From Nannocystis bainbridge (GTDB lineage Bacteria; Myxococcota_A; Polyangia; Nannocystales; Nannocystaceae): a stretch of 64,000 bases of DNA. The notes beneath the pieces are model-generated. The model was not told where the DNA came from. It did no database searches and saw nothing but the letters and a program-made list of their open reading frames with translations. The stretch lies in the NCBI RefSeq assembly GCF_028368995.1, contig NZ_JAQNDL010000002.1, forward strand, positions 1,920,001-1,984,000, read 5' to 3'. Made by a program: the position numbers and the translations under genes. This document shows positions 20,521 to 30,124 of this stretch, one piece after another (the stretch's first letter is position 1; every line of letters begins with the position of its first letter).

Positions 20521-21441
20521 CTACTTTCGCCCTTTGACCCCGGGATCGTCCCCCAGCGGCCCCGAGCGGACCTCGACCGGCCCGATCCCCGCGCCTTCCA
20601 GCACCGTCCCCGGCGCCGCCGCGCTGCGGTGCACGATCGCCAGCCCGCTCGCCCCCCCGCTCGGGTCGGGCGCCCAGGTGTCCGCGCGCCCGGCCTGCGG
20701 GCGCTCGGGCGCCGCCAGCTCCACCGGTCCTTCCGGACATGTCCCGGCGTGCACCCGCACCAGCACCCGGTTGACCTGCCCGCGCGCGTGGATGCGCGCC
20801 AGCGGCTCCTGACCCATGAAGCAGCCCTTGTCGTAGCTCACCGCCGCGACGAAGCCGACTTCGGGCGGGAACGTCCCCGCCGTGATCTCCCGGCCCCACG
20901 CCGGCGCCGCCGCCTCGATGCGCCGCGCGTCCCACGTGGTCGAGTTCGCCTCGGTCGCGTTCGCCAGCGCCGCCGCGACCGCCGCCGGCGCGCCGAACAC
21001 CAGCCAGCCCGGGCCCGGGTAGAGCGTCTCCAGACACTCGATGCCGGCGCCCGCGATCGGCTCCGGCCAGATCATTGCGAACTCGACATCATCGGCGCGC
21101 TCGAGCGCGACGTCGTCCATGATGATGTGGCGATCCAGCAGCGCGATCGCCTCGTCGGCGGCCTCCGCCGGCAGCGCCAGGTGCAGCGCACCATCGGCGC
21201 ACGCCAGCACGATCGCCTCGGTGACCAGCTTGCCCTTCACCGTCAAGATCGCGGCCGGCAGCGCGTAACCCGGGCGAGCCGCCTCGACGTCGGCCGACAG
21301 GATCCCCTGGAGGAAGCGGCGCACATCGGATCCCGACAGGCGTAGCAAAATGCGACGCCCGTGCGGCAGCGCGGCGAGGCGGACATATGTCAGGCCCTGC
21401 GGGCCCGCGGACGACTGGAGCGGAGTCACGGCGGAAACCAT
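20521..21441 (-). CDS. ygfZ: YgfZ/GcvT-like folate-binding protein
   Basis: Signature KGCFMGQE; RRFLQGILSAD; KGKLV. Confidence 0.85.
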   Translation of the reverse strand: MVSAVTPLQSSAGPQGLTYVRLAALPHGRRILLRLSGSDVRRFLQGILSADVEAARPGYALPAAILTVKGKLVTEAIVLACADGALHLALPAEAADEAIALLDRHIIMDDVALERADDVEFAMIWPEPIAGAGIECLETLYPGPGWLVFGAPAAVAAALANATEANSTTWDARRIEAAAPAWGREITAGTFPPEVGFVAAVSYDKGCFMGQEPLARIHARGQVNRVLVRVHAGTCPEGPVELAAPERPQAGRADTWAPDPSGGASGLAIVHRSAAAPGTVLEGAGIGPVEVRSGPLGDDPGVKGRK

Positions 21442-21548
21442 GGCAATTCACCCCCGTCCCGCGCAAGCGCGAGCACACCGCGGCGAACGCACCCCGCGTT
21501 CGCGCCGTGCCCCTTGATCGCCCCGTGGCCCCCCTTTAAAAGAGTCCC

Positions 21549-23315
21549 GTGCCGCGGCCGAGCGCAGCAGGGTTTTTACGCACGCTTGTGAGCGTCCTCG
21601 TCGCGCTGGCGGTCGCGCAGCCCGTCGCCGCCGCTCCTCCCCCTGCTGCGCGCACGCCCGCTGCCCTGGCGCCCGCGCCTGTCCCTTCGACCACGTCCCA
21701 ACAGACAGGTGCGAAGGGCCAGCCAGAGTCGGAGCCTGCCTCTTCGGCCATGTCCCCAAGGACAGAGCCGAAGAGCCCGCCGCCGCCCTCGCCCGAGCAG
21801 CCGTTCAACCTCCCGGTCGCCGTGCGCACCGACGCCTACGGCCCGCGCCCGTCCGGCCTGCCCGAGCTGACGCGCGAGCAGATCGTCGCCTACGGCCTGC
21901 AGAACCCGCTGGTGAAGGCCGCCGACGCGCAGATCGAGCAGATGGAGGCCACGCTCCAGCGGGCCAAGTTCTCGTGGGTCCCGGTCATCAGGACCACCAC
22001 CGCGCTCGCGCCCGGCGTCTACACCCGCTGCGAAGACGTCCAGCTACAGACGACCGGCGGCGCCGACCCGGTTGACTTCCAGTACTGCCGCCCGGCCGGC
22101 CGAAACGGCGCCTCCGACATCGTCGACGTCGACACCATCAGCGGCTACTTCCGCCAGCTCAAGGAAGCGGGCATCGCTGTCCGCTTCGGCGCCGACTTCA
22201 TCATCCCGGTGTTCACCTCCGGCAAGATCAAGCACGGCAAGGAGATGGCGGCCGCCGGCGTCGCCCTGGCCCGGCTCGCCAAGGAGCGCGCGCGTCAAGA
22301 GACGGTCCTCCGCGTGTATCAGGCCCACACCGCGCTGCTGCTCGCGCGCGAGAGCCTCGCCATCCTCGACGAGGCGTGGAAGGTCGTGCAGGAGGCCAAG
22401 GGGCAGATCCTCGTCGACCTCGGCGAGGACGAGGACGCCGATCCCGACGAGAGCAACCCCGACCGCGACCCCGCCGACCTGCCGCGCGTCGAGCTCGGCG
22501 AGCTGACCCTGATGGAGCGCGCGCTCGAGGCCCGCAAGATCGAGTCGGTCGCGCTCGCCACGCTGTGGACGATCGCCGGCGAGGCCGCGCCGGTCGGCTT
22601 CGACATCGCCGAGCGCTCGCTCGTCACCGACGGCGTCGACGGCGGCCTGCGCGAGCTGCCGCATTACCGCGATCTCGGCGCGCAGCAGCGGCCCGAGGCG
22701 AAGATGGCCGCCGGCCTGGTCGAGCTGCGCAAGGCCGGCGAAAAGTTCGCGCGCTCGCAGTTCTTGCCGGACTTCGGCGTCGCGGTGTCGGTTCAGATCT
22801 CGTACATGAACCAGGCCGACCGCGACATGAAGGCGCTCTACTACTTCGACCGGTACAACTACAACCGCGTCATCTTCGCCTTCGCGATGAACTGGAACCT
22901 CGACTTCCACAACAGCTACTTCGGCCTCAAGAAGGCGCGCGCCGAGCGACGTGAGGCAGAGCACCAGCGGGAGGCCGCGCGCTACCTGCTCGCGCTCGAG
23001 GTCGAGAAGGCCTACCGCGACCTGCAGCACGCCGGTCGATCGGTCAAACTGACCGAGCAAGCCACCCGCAAGGCCAAGCAACTGGTCGTCGACCAGCAGG
23101 TCAAGCAGACCGTCGGCGGCGGCAACTTCGTCGAGCTCGAGCGGGCCTTGACCCGCTGGGCCGAGTGGCGCTTCAAGCAATTCGAGGCCATTCACGCCCA
23201 CAACGTCGCCCTCGCGGCCCTCTCGCGCGCGGTCGGCTCCTCCCTGGGGGTCGCCCCCAAGGCTACGGCGGCCGCCGCGCCCCCGAACGCCATTTCCGTG
23301 ACCTCAAGCCCTTGA
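21549..23315 (+). CDS. TolC family outer membrane protein
   Basis: Signal peptide, Pro-rich linker, two OEP-like repeats (QNPLVKAA..., RPEAKMA...FLPD). Confidence 0.8.
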   Translation: MPRPSAAGFLRTLVSVLVALAVAQPVAAAPPPAARTPAALAPAPVPSTTSQQTGAKGQPESEPASSAMSPRTEPKSPPPPSPEQPFNLPVAVRTDAYGPRPSGLPELTREQIVAYGLQNPLVKAADAQIEQMEATLQRAKFSWVPVIRTTTALAPGVYTRCEDVQLQTTGGADPVDFQYCRPAGRNGASDIVDVDTISGYFRQLKEAGIAVRFGADFIIPVFTSGKIKHGKEMAAAGVALARLAKERARQETVLRVYQAHTALLLARESLAILDEAWKVVQEAKGQILVDLGEDEDADPDESNPDRDPADLPRVELGELTLMERALEARKIESVALATLWTIAGEAAPVGFDIAERSLVTDGVDGGLRELPHYRDLGAQQRPEAKMAAGLVELRKAGEKFARSQFLPDFGVAVSVQISYMNQADRDMKALYYFDRYNYNRVIFAFAMNWNLDFHNSYFGLKKARAERREAEHQREAARYLLALEVEKAYRDLQHAGRSVKLTEQATRKAKQLVVDQQVKQTVGGGNFVELERALTRWAEWRFKQFEAIHAHNVALAALSRAVGSSLGVAPKATAAAAPPNAISVTSSP

Positions 23316-23384
23316 AACTGGCTCGTAACCGGCTGAATGTCGCACTCCGGGTCGCCGTCCGAGCGCCCACCTCCGAGGCCGAAA

Positions 23385-24020
23385 ATGCCCAATTCCGCTC
23401 GTAGTCTCATCGCCGGGTTCGCGCTCTCCTTCGTCTCCGCCGTCGCCTTCCTCGGGCACGCGCCCGCCGCTGCCGCGGCGACCCCCACGGTCACCCCGTC
23501 CGCCGTGTTCAAGGAGCGCCACAGCAAGGTCCTCGAGCTGGTGAAGAAGCGCGCCGACCCCGAGACCCTCGCCAAGGAAGTCGACCAACTGCTCGACTAC
23601 AAGGCCCTCGCGGAGGCCTCGCTCGGCGGCCCGGCGCGCTACGCCAACAAGTGCGCCCCGCGCTGCGCCGAGTTCGAGGCGCTGCTGACCAAGCTGATCC
23701 GCGAGAACTACCTCAAGCGGCTGCGCAGCGACAAGAAGTACGAGCTGACGATCGTCGGCGAAGAGGCCAAGGTCGGCGGTGACATGCGGGTCATCACCAA
23801 CATCGCCCTGACCCGCGACGGCAAGGCCGAGGTCGTCGAGGTCGTCTACGTGATGCACGCCGTGGGCGACACCTGGAAGGTCGAAGACATCATCACCGAC
23901 GGTGTCAGCCTGGCCAAGAACTACAAGTTCGAGTTCAACAAGATCATCCGCGACAAGGGCGTCGACGAGCTGATCTTGCGCCTCGACAACAAGCTGGTCG
24001 AGCTGGCCAAGAAGAACTGA
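23385..24020 (+). CDS. MlaC/Ttg2D (HpnM-like) lipid-binding protein
   Basis: Signal peptide, LLDYKALAEASLG, WKVEDIITDGVSLAKNYKFEFNKII. Confidence 0.85.
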   Translation: MPNSARSLIAGFALSFVSAVAFLGHAPAAAAATPTVTPSAVFKERHSKVLELVKKRADPETLAKEVDQLLDYKALAEASLGGPARYANKCAPRCAEFEALLTKLIRENYLKRLRSDKKYELTIVGEEAKVGGDMRVITNIALTRDGKAEVVEVVYVMHAVGDTWKVEDIITDGVSLAKNYKFEFNKIIRDKGVDELILRLDNKLVELAKKN

Positions 24021-24082
24021 GCCGCACGCCGGTCGCCCGCTGTCCGCGGGCGCCCGGGTCCGTCTGTGTTAGCCTGGAAGTC

Positions 24083-25969
24083 GTGCCCCGCGCCGCCTTC
24101 ACGTCCGGACCGAGGCGCCCCAGCCTGACGCTGGCGGCGCCTCTCCTCGTCGCGGCGCTGACCGCCTGTCCGCAGGACGAGATCGTCATCGTCGGCGAGT
24201 TCGGTCGCCCGCTCGCGCTCGGCAGCGGCGACGCGTCTCCGCTGCCGCGCCTCGTCTACCGCCCCGATGGTTGCCCCGGCGAGGCCGCGGCCGGCGGCTG
24301 CAGCTCGGTCTGCACCACCGCGCCCGAGAGCTGCCCGCCCGACGCCTGCTTCCCGCTCGTCATCGACAGCGGCAGCCCGATCACCACCCTCGTCGGCGAG
24401 GGCGAACCGGTCGCGGTGCGCAGCTGCTTCGAGGTCCGCACCGGCGAGGACGCGCTCGCCGAGGCCCCGATCGAAGGCGCGGCCGACGACGCGATCGCCC
24501 GCTTCCGCTTCGACTCGACCCCTTTCATCCGCCTGCCGTGGGCCACAGACGACGTCTCGTGGGGCTGGCAGGTCGGCGACGCCAGCGCCGCGCCGTTCGT
24601 CGGCGGCGTGCTCGGCGGCAACGTCCTGCGCCAGATGGCCGTGCGCTTCACCGACGCGCGCGGCAGCGACGGCCCGCAGATCACCTTCTACCGCGAGTTC
24701 CCCGGCGTCGAGAGCGTGCTCGCCGATCAGGGCATCGCCGCCCTCCCGCTGCAGTTCCCCGGCCTCCTGCTCGGCAAGCTGATCGACGACGTGTGCCAGC
24801 AACCCGACGGCGAGGACTGCGACCTCACCAGCTTCGGCGTGTTCGATCGCAACCGCCCCGAGAGCGCCCTGCAGTCGACCCGCATGGTCCTCGACGCCTG
24901 CCTCGGCACCCCGCCGGCCGCCGTCGTCTACAACGCCGGCAGCAACAGCTGTGAGCTGGCCTCGGGGCCAGGTAAGCCCGGCAGCTATCGCTCGCCCACC
25001 GGCGTCGCGCGGGCCGACCTCCGCTCCGGCTGCGACCTGCAGGACGTCGCGGCGAGCTCCGGCGACATCGATCACGGCCACGACGCCTCGGTCCTGATCG
25101 CCACCGGCCTGCCTGGCCTGGTGCTGTTCGAGGACAGCGCCCAGCGCATGTTCGGCGGCCTCGATCTGCCGCCGTGCGTCGGCGACGGCGGCCTCTCGAG
25201 CGGCAGCAAGCGCGACACGCCCGCCTGTATCATGGGTCGGACGGGCCTCCTGCGCGCCCCGGGCTGGCCGCCCGCAGGCACCGCCGAGCAGCCGTTGCTC
25301 GAGCTGCGCGTTCGCAGCCTCGCCCTCGTCCCTGGTCTGACGCAGACCACCGGCCAGACCGCCTGCCAGCGGCTCGAAGTGCGCCTCCGGGCCCTGCGCT
25401 CGCAGTGCAACATCGCCGCCCGCGAGAAGGTCCCGCGCAGCGCGGCCAACGGCTGTCGCGCCGCCACCGATCGCCTGACCCCGAGCTCGGCCGGCTTCAC
25501 CTCCGCCGCCGTGGTCGGCCAGGCCTTCGTCGCCAGCGACAGCCGCGTCGATCCCAGCCGGTGGATCCCGACCGTCATCGTCCCCGCCGATCACCCGCTC
25601 GTCAGCGCCGTCCGCCGCGACACCAGCCCCGAGGCGCTCCAGCTCGACGGCCTGGTCGGCACCGCCCTCCTGAGCGGCACCGACGTCGTGCTCGACTACA
25701 CGGACCCGACCCCGAGCGTGCGCGTCGCCTGCAACGACCCCGACGACGGCAGCTGTCTGGCCTTGCCCGCCTGCGTCCCGCGCGAGGATCCGCGGGCGGT
25801 CGTGCCCGCCTGCTGCTACGGCCTGCCGGAGGATCTGCTGGTCAGCCTGATCCGCGACCACAGCGCCTACGGCTGCTGCGAGGCGCTCTCGCCGGCCACC
25901 ATCGACGAGCTGAACAACGCCGAGGCGATCGCCGGGCGCGAGCTTCCCTGCCCCGTGCGCGGCCGCTAG
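24083..25969 (+). CDS. Cys-rich lipoprotein with aspartic-protease-like motifs
   Basis: LTAC lipobox; LVIDSGSPIT and GGVLGGNVL, then VLIATGLP and DGLVGTALL. Confidence 0.65.
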   Translation: MPRAAFTSGPRRPSLTLAAPLLVAALTACPQDEIVIVGEFGRPLALGSGDASPLPRLVYRPDGCPGEAAAGGCSSVCTTAPESCPPDACFPLVIDSGSPITTLVGEGEPVAVRSCFEVRTGEDALAEAPIEGAADDAIARFRFDSTPFIRLPWATDDVSWGWQVGDASAAPFVGGVLGGNVLRQMAVRFTDARGSDGPQITFYREFPGVESVLADQGIAALPLQFPGLLLGKLIDDVCQQPDGEDCDLTSFGVFDRNRPESALQSTRMVLDACLGTPPAAVVYNAGSNSCELASGPGKPGSYRSPTGVARADLRSGCDLQDVAASSGDIDHGHDASVLIATGLPGLVLFEDSAQRMFGGLDLPPCVGDGGLSSGSKRDTPACIMGRTGLLRAPGWPPAGTAEQPLLELRVRSLALVPGLTQTTGQTACQRLEVRLRALRSQCNIAAREKVPRSAANGCRAATDRLTPSSAGFTSAAVVGQAFVASDSRVDPSRWIPTVIVPADHPLVSAVRRDTSPEALQLDGLVGTALLSGTDVVLDYTDPTPSVRVACNDPDDGSCLALPACVPREDPRAVVPACCYGLPEDLLVSLIRDHSAYGCCEALSPATIDELNNAEAIAGRELPCPVRGR

Positions 25970-26090
25970 GAGAGGCTCGGCGCCGTTCCACAACGCGCGT
26001 TGGCGCGTGACCGCACGCTCGCCGCGGCGCGCGCCCGAGCGCGGCACGCGGCGTCGCGCTGCGTCACGTCGTATGGTTCAGGTCGCCACC

Positions 26091-27371
26091 ATGTCTCCGA
26101 CCGACGCGTTCGACGCTGCCACCCTCAGCACCTACGCCTGGGCATTCGGCCAGGGCGTCCTCGTCGACCTCACGCCCTGCGTCTATCCGCTGATCCCGAT
26201 CACAGTCGCCGTGTTCGGGGCCAAGGGCGTGTCACGCGGACGGGCGCTGTTCCTCGCCGCTTCCTACGTGCTCGGCATGGCCGCGCTCTACACCACGCTC
26301 GGCGTGGTCGTCGCGCTGTCCGGCGGCCAGTTCGGCGCCTGGCTCGGCGAGCCGGTGGTGGTGCTGCCGATCGTCGGCGTGCTGCTGGCGCTCGCGGCCA
26401 GCATGTTCGGCGCCTTCGACCTGCAGCTGCCGGCCGCGGTGCAGACCCGCCTCAACGCCGTCGGCGGCACCGGCCCGGTCGGCGCCTTCCTCATGGGCCT
26501 CGTCAGCGGCTTCATCTCCGCGCCGTGCACCGGCCCGGTGCTGCTGTCGCTGCTCGCCGTCATCGCCAAGGGCGCCGCCGAGGGCGACAGCCTGGCCTAC
26601 GGCGCCTCGCTGCTGTTCACCTACGCGCTCGGCATGGGCACCCTGTTCTTCGCCGTGGCCCTCGGCGCCAGCCTGTTCCGCCCCGGCCGGTGGATGGAGT
26701 ACGTCAAGAGCGTCTTCGGCGTGGCCCTGCTGGTGATGTCGCTGTGGTTCCTCGCCCCGCTCAGCCCCGAGCTGCGCCGCTTCCTCGCCGACCCGGTCTG
26801 GGGCGTGTGGCTCGGCCTGGGCATGGCCCTGCTCGGCCTGGCCGCCGGCGCCATCCACCTCAGCTTCTACGGCGAGCTCGGCGAGAAGCTGCGCAAGGCC
26901 GCCGCCGTCGCCGTCGCCGTCGTCGGCATCCAGGTGCTGATCAACAACACGGTCTACGTCCCGTCCGGCTCGTGGAAAGAGGTCCACACGATCGCCGAGC
27001 TCGAGGAGGCGCTCACGCGCGCCCAGGACCGCAACCTCCCGGTCGTCATCGACTTCGGCGCCACCTGGTGCGCGCCCTGCCTCGAGATGGAGAAGCTCAC
27101 CTTCCATCACGAGGAGATCGAGCCGGTGCTCGAGCGCCGCTTCGAGCTGATCAAGATCGACGTCACGCAGGAGACGCCGGAGAAGCAGACCATCAAGCGC
27201 GCGTTCGCCAGCGAGACCCTGCCGAGCGTGCTGGTGTTCCCGTCGACGGTCCGCTTCAGCGAGCACTTCGGCGCCCTGCGCAGCGGCGACGCCATGCCCG
27301 AGCCGACCCACCACCTCCACAAGTACACCCCGGCCGACCAGTTCGCCCCGCTGATCGCCGACGTGCAGTGA
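26091..27371 (+). CDS. DsbD/CcdA-type thiol:disulfide interchange protein with thioredoxin domain
   Basis: LTPCVYPLIP, SAPCTGP, DFGATWCAPC. Confidence 0.92.
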   Translation: MSPTDAFDAATLSTYAWAFGQGVLVDLTPCVYPLIPITVAVFGAKGVSRGRALFLAASYVLGMAALYTTLGVVVALSGGQFGAWLGEPVVVLPIVGVLLALAASMFGAFDLQLPAAVQTRLNAVGGTGPVGAFLMGLVSGFISAPCTGPVLLSLLAVIAKGAAEGDSLAYGASLLFTYALGMGTLFFAVALGASLFRPGRWMEYVKSVFGVALLVMSLWFLAPLSPELRRFLADPVWGVWLGLGMALLGLAAGAIHLSFYGELGEKLRKAAAVAVAVVGIQVLINNTVYVPSGSWKEVHTIAELEEALTRAQDRNLPVVIDFGATWCAPCLEMEKLTFHHEEIEPVLERRFELIKIDVTQETPEKQTIKRAFASETLPSVLVFPSTVRFSEHFGALRSGDAMPEPTHHLHKYTPADQFAPLIADVQ

Positions 27372-27567
27372 GCTGACTGCAGGGACATGTCCCGCGGGCC
27401 ATGTCTCCTGCGCCACGGCTCATCCCCGGCTCGCAGCGCCGCCCTCGACGCGGGCAGCCGGGGTAGCGCTACGCTGACGCCTGCCCACCAGGACATGCCA
27501 CAAAGGACATGTCCATGACGACATGTCCTCGAGCGCATGCCCACAAGCGCATGCCGCAAAGGACATG
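27372..27567. repeat. 14-bp-phased CATG arrays (two blocks)
   Basis: Block 1: GCTG 27372, CATG 27386, 27400, CACG 27414. Block 2: CCTG 27480, CATG 27494, 27508, 27522, 27536, 27550, 27564. Between convergent genes. Confidence 0.93.
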
Positions 27568-27677
27568 TCCTCATCTTTGCCAGCGCCCGCCCCCGCGCAG
27601 CACGCCCCCGCGTGCCCCGCGTCAGTGTTCGGCCTGGTCGCGCTGACCCGGCTGCCGCTGGCGCCCCGTGCCCCGCG

Positions 27678-29240
27678 TCAGCGCCGACGCCGACGCCGGA
27701 TGCCCACGAGCACCAGCACGCTCGCCAGCCAGCCCTCGCGCCCGCCCGCGCTCGAGCGGCACGCGCAGCCGTCCTCGCCGTCTTGCCCGTAGCCCTCGGG
27801 CAGGGCCGCCCCGCTCAGCACCGGCGGGCCGGCCTCGTCCCCGCCGGCCTCGGCCTCGCCGCCGTCGTCCCCGGTGGTCGGCTCGCCGCCCTCCGAGCCG
27901 GTCGTCGGCGCTCCGGACGGATCGGGCAGCCCCGTCTCGCCGACCTCACCGCCGACCTCGCCGCCCGTCTCACCCGCGCCGGTCTCCCCGGCCCCGCCCG
28001 TCTCGCCGTTGCCGCCCGTCTCTCCGCCGCCGGTCGGGTCGGGCGGATCGGGCGGATCGACCGCCACCGGGTCGACGGCGATCGCCACGCGCACCCCCGG
28101 ATACACCGCCAGGTCGACGATCTCCGCCGCCGGCTCGTAGAGCCCCGGCCCGGCCACGTCGACCGCGTGCGCGCCGGCGCCGACCGGCGGCAGGGCCACG
28201 AGACCGTTGGCGTCGACCGCCTGCCCCGGCCCGCCGTCGAGGCTGACCGTCGCGCCCACCGCCGCCATCGCCGCCGGCGCGCACATGGCCGTGAAGTGAT
28301 TGGGATCGACGAACGCGACCGCGTCGAGCCCGTTGACGCCCGCGCACGGCCCCTGCCCGGCCTCCATCAGCAGTCGCCGGCGCGCCCCGATCGGCGCCGA
28401 CGCGTGAAGGTAGGTCACCTTCGCCCCGGCGGCGATCGGGCACAGCTCGGGCGCGGTCAGCAGGTCGATCGACTCGGCGGTGCGCTGCAGGTACGTGTTC
28501 GTCGTCGCGGTGATCGTACACAGCTTGCTGCGATCGACCACGGCCACGTGGATCTGGCCCTGCGGCACCACGTCGTGCACCAGCCCCATGTACATGTCCC
28601 AGTTCCAGCCGCCGCCCGGGTCGGTGTGGCTCTGGTTGGGCAGCTCGACGTGGCCGACGATGTGATCGCGGTCGACCGGGATGTCGTGGCGCGTCGTCAG
28701 CCAGCGCGTCAACCTGGCCGAAGAGACATACGTCTCCCACGTGTACCACTTGGCCGGATCGTCGACGTAGCCCTCGTGCTCGATGCCGATCGACGTCGCG
28801 TTCGACGAGCCGACGTGCCACGCCTTGTCCTTGTCGAGGACCATCTGCGTGACCTCGCCGTCGACCGAGCGCATGATGTAGTGGCACGACACCTGCGCCT
28901 GCGGGTTCTTGAACCACGACTTGGTGCCGGCGTAGCTGCCCTGCATCGTGTGCACGACGACGTGCTGGTACGAGGTGATGCCGCCCGCCGAGTGGTTGCA
29001 CGCGCAGGCCGGGTCGAACGCGGCCGCCAGCGGATACTCCGGATCGGCGCCCAGCGGCGGCGGCGGCTCGATCGCCCATGACTCGAGCTCGGCCGGGCGC
29101 CAGTGGTCGTCCTCGCGCTCCGGCTCCGGCGGGGCGTCCGCCAGCGGATGCGCCGCGGCTGTCCCTGCGGACAGGCCGAGCACCGATGCGCCGATCCACA
29201 GCGCCGCGCGGCGCTTCCAGTCCGTGGAGACACCCGTCAT
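27678..29240 (-). CDS. N-acetylmuramoyl-L-alanine amidase (Amidase_2) with MYXO-CTERM-like tail
   Basis: VVVHT, SCHY, AWHVG, SIGIEHEG, IVGH...HTDPG; C-terminal GCAC + TM + RRRRR. Confidence 0.9.
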   Translation of the reverse strand: MTGVSTDWKRRAALWIGASVLGLSAGTAAAHPLADAPPEPEREDDHWRPAELESWAIEPPPPLGADPEYPLAAAFDPACACNHSAGGITSYQHVVVHTMQGSYAGTKSWFKNPQAQVSCHYIMRSVDGEVTQMVLDKDKAWHVGSSNATSIGIEHEGYVDDPAKWYTWETYVSSARLTRWLTTRHDIPVDRDHIVGHVELPNQSHTDPGGGWNWDMYMGLVHDVVPQGQIHVAVVDRSKLCTITATTNTYLQRTAESIDLLTAPELCPIAAGAKVTYLHASAPIGARRRLLMEAGQGPCAGVNGLDAVAFVDPNHFTAMCAPAAMAAVGATVSLDGGPGQAVDANGLVALPPVGAGAHAVDVAGPGLYEPAAEIVDLAVYPGVRVAIAVDPVAVDPPDPPDPTGGGETGGNGETGGAGETGAGETGGEVGGEVGETGLPDPSGAPTTGSEGGEPTTGDDGGEAEAGGDEAGPPVLSGAALPEGYGQDGEDGCACRSSAGGREGWLASVLVLVGIRRRRRR

Positions 29241-29379
29241 GAGACGACGCTAGCCCCGGCGCCGTCCCCACGCAACCGGCTGTTTCGCGCCTGTGCGCCC
29301 CGCTACGGCGACCGCACGACCGGCGAGGCCCGCTGCGCCGACGCAGGACGCGCGCCCGGGAACGCGGGCTCTCGCGACC

Positions 29380-30066
29380 TCAGAGCAGCTGCTCGAGCCG
29401 CGCGCGGTTGAACCCGACCATCAACTCGCCGCGCACGTCGATCACCGGCACGCTCCCGGTCTGCACGCCCTTCTCCTTGGCCTTGGCTCGCAGCTCGCCC
29501 GCGGCGGTCTGGTCCTTCTCGATGTCCTTGGCGACGTACTTGACGCCCTTCTTGTCGAGGTACGACTGCACCTGCTTGCAGACCCCGCACCACTCGGTCT
29601 TGTAGACGATGACATCGGCCTCGCGCGGGGCCACCACCGGCGCCTCGAGCCCGGGCGGCAGCTCGACCGCGCTGCTGCGGCCGAGGCCCAGCGCCAGCTC
29701 CTCGAACTGGGCCCGCGGCACCGTCGAGAGCTTCCACGACCCGTCGGCCTCGGGCGTCTTCAAGTTCGCCGCCCACACCGTCCCGTCGGGCGGCTGCGGG
29801 CCCTGCAGCAGCGTCACCCGCACCAGCCCGCGCGCCTCCTCGGGCACGTCGGCCGGCTTGCCCGTGTCCTTGAACTGCCCGCGATCGCCCGCGAACGTCA
29901 GGACGGCGTCCTTCGCGTCGGCCGGCAGCACCGCCGCGCCGGTCTCGCCGGCCTCCGCGGTCGCCGGCGCCGCCTGCGGCCTCGTCGGCGCGGGCGGCTT
30001 CTCCGGCTCGCAGCCGCCTGAGCACAAGATCCACAGTCCGAGCAAGCTCGCGCACCTTCGCTTCAT
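29380..30066 (-). CDS. Lipoprotein with glutaredoxin/NrdH-like domain
   Basis: ATG 30066 MKRRC...SGGC; IVYKTEWCGVC...SVPVIDV...GFN. Confidence 0.85.
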   Translation of the reverse strand: MKRRCASLLGLWILCSGGCEPEKPPAPTRPQAAPATAEAGETGAAVLPADAKDAVLTFAGDRGQFKDTGKPADVPEEARGLVRVTLLQGPQPPDGTVWAANLKTPEADGSWKLSTVPRAQFEELALGLGRSSAVELPPGLEAPVVAPREADVIVYKTEWCGVCKQVQSYLDKKGVKYVAKDIEKDQTAAGELRAKAKEKGVQTGSVPVIDVRGELMVGFNRARLEQLL

Positions 30067-30124
30067 GACGGCGCGAGTATAAGCCGCCACCGCGCCCCGG
30101 GCCTGGTAGGCTCGCGCCCGCGCC

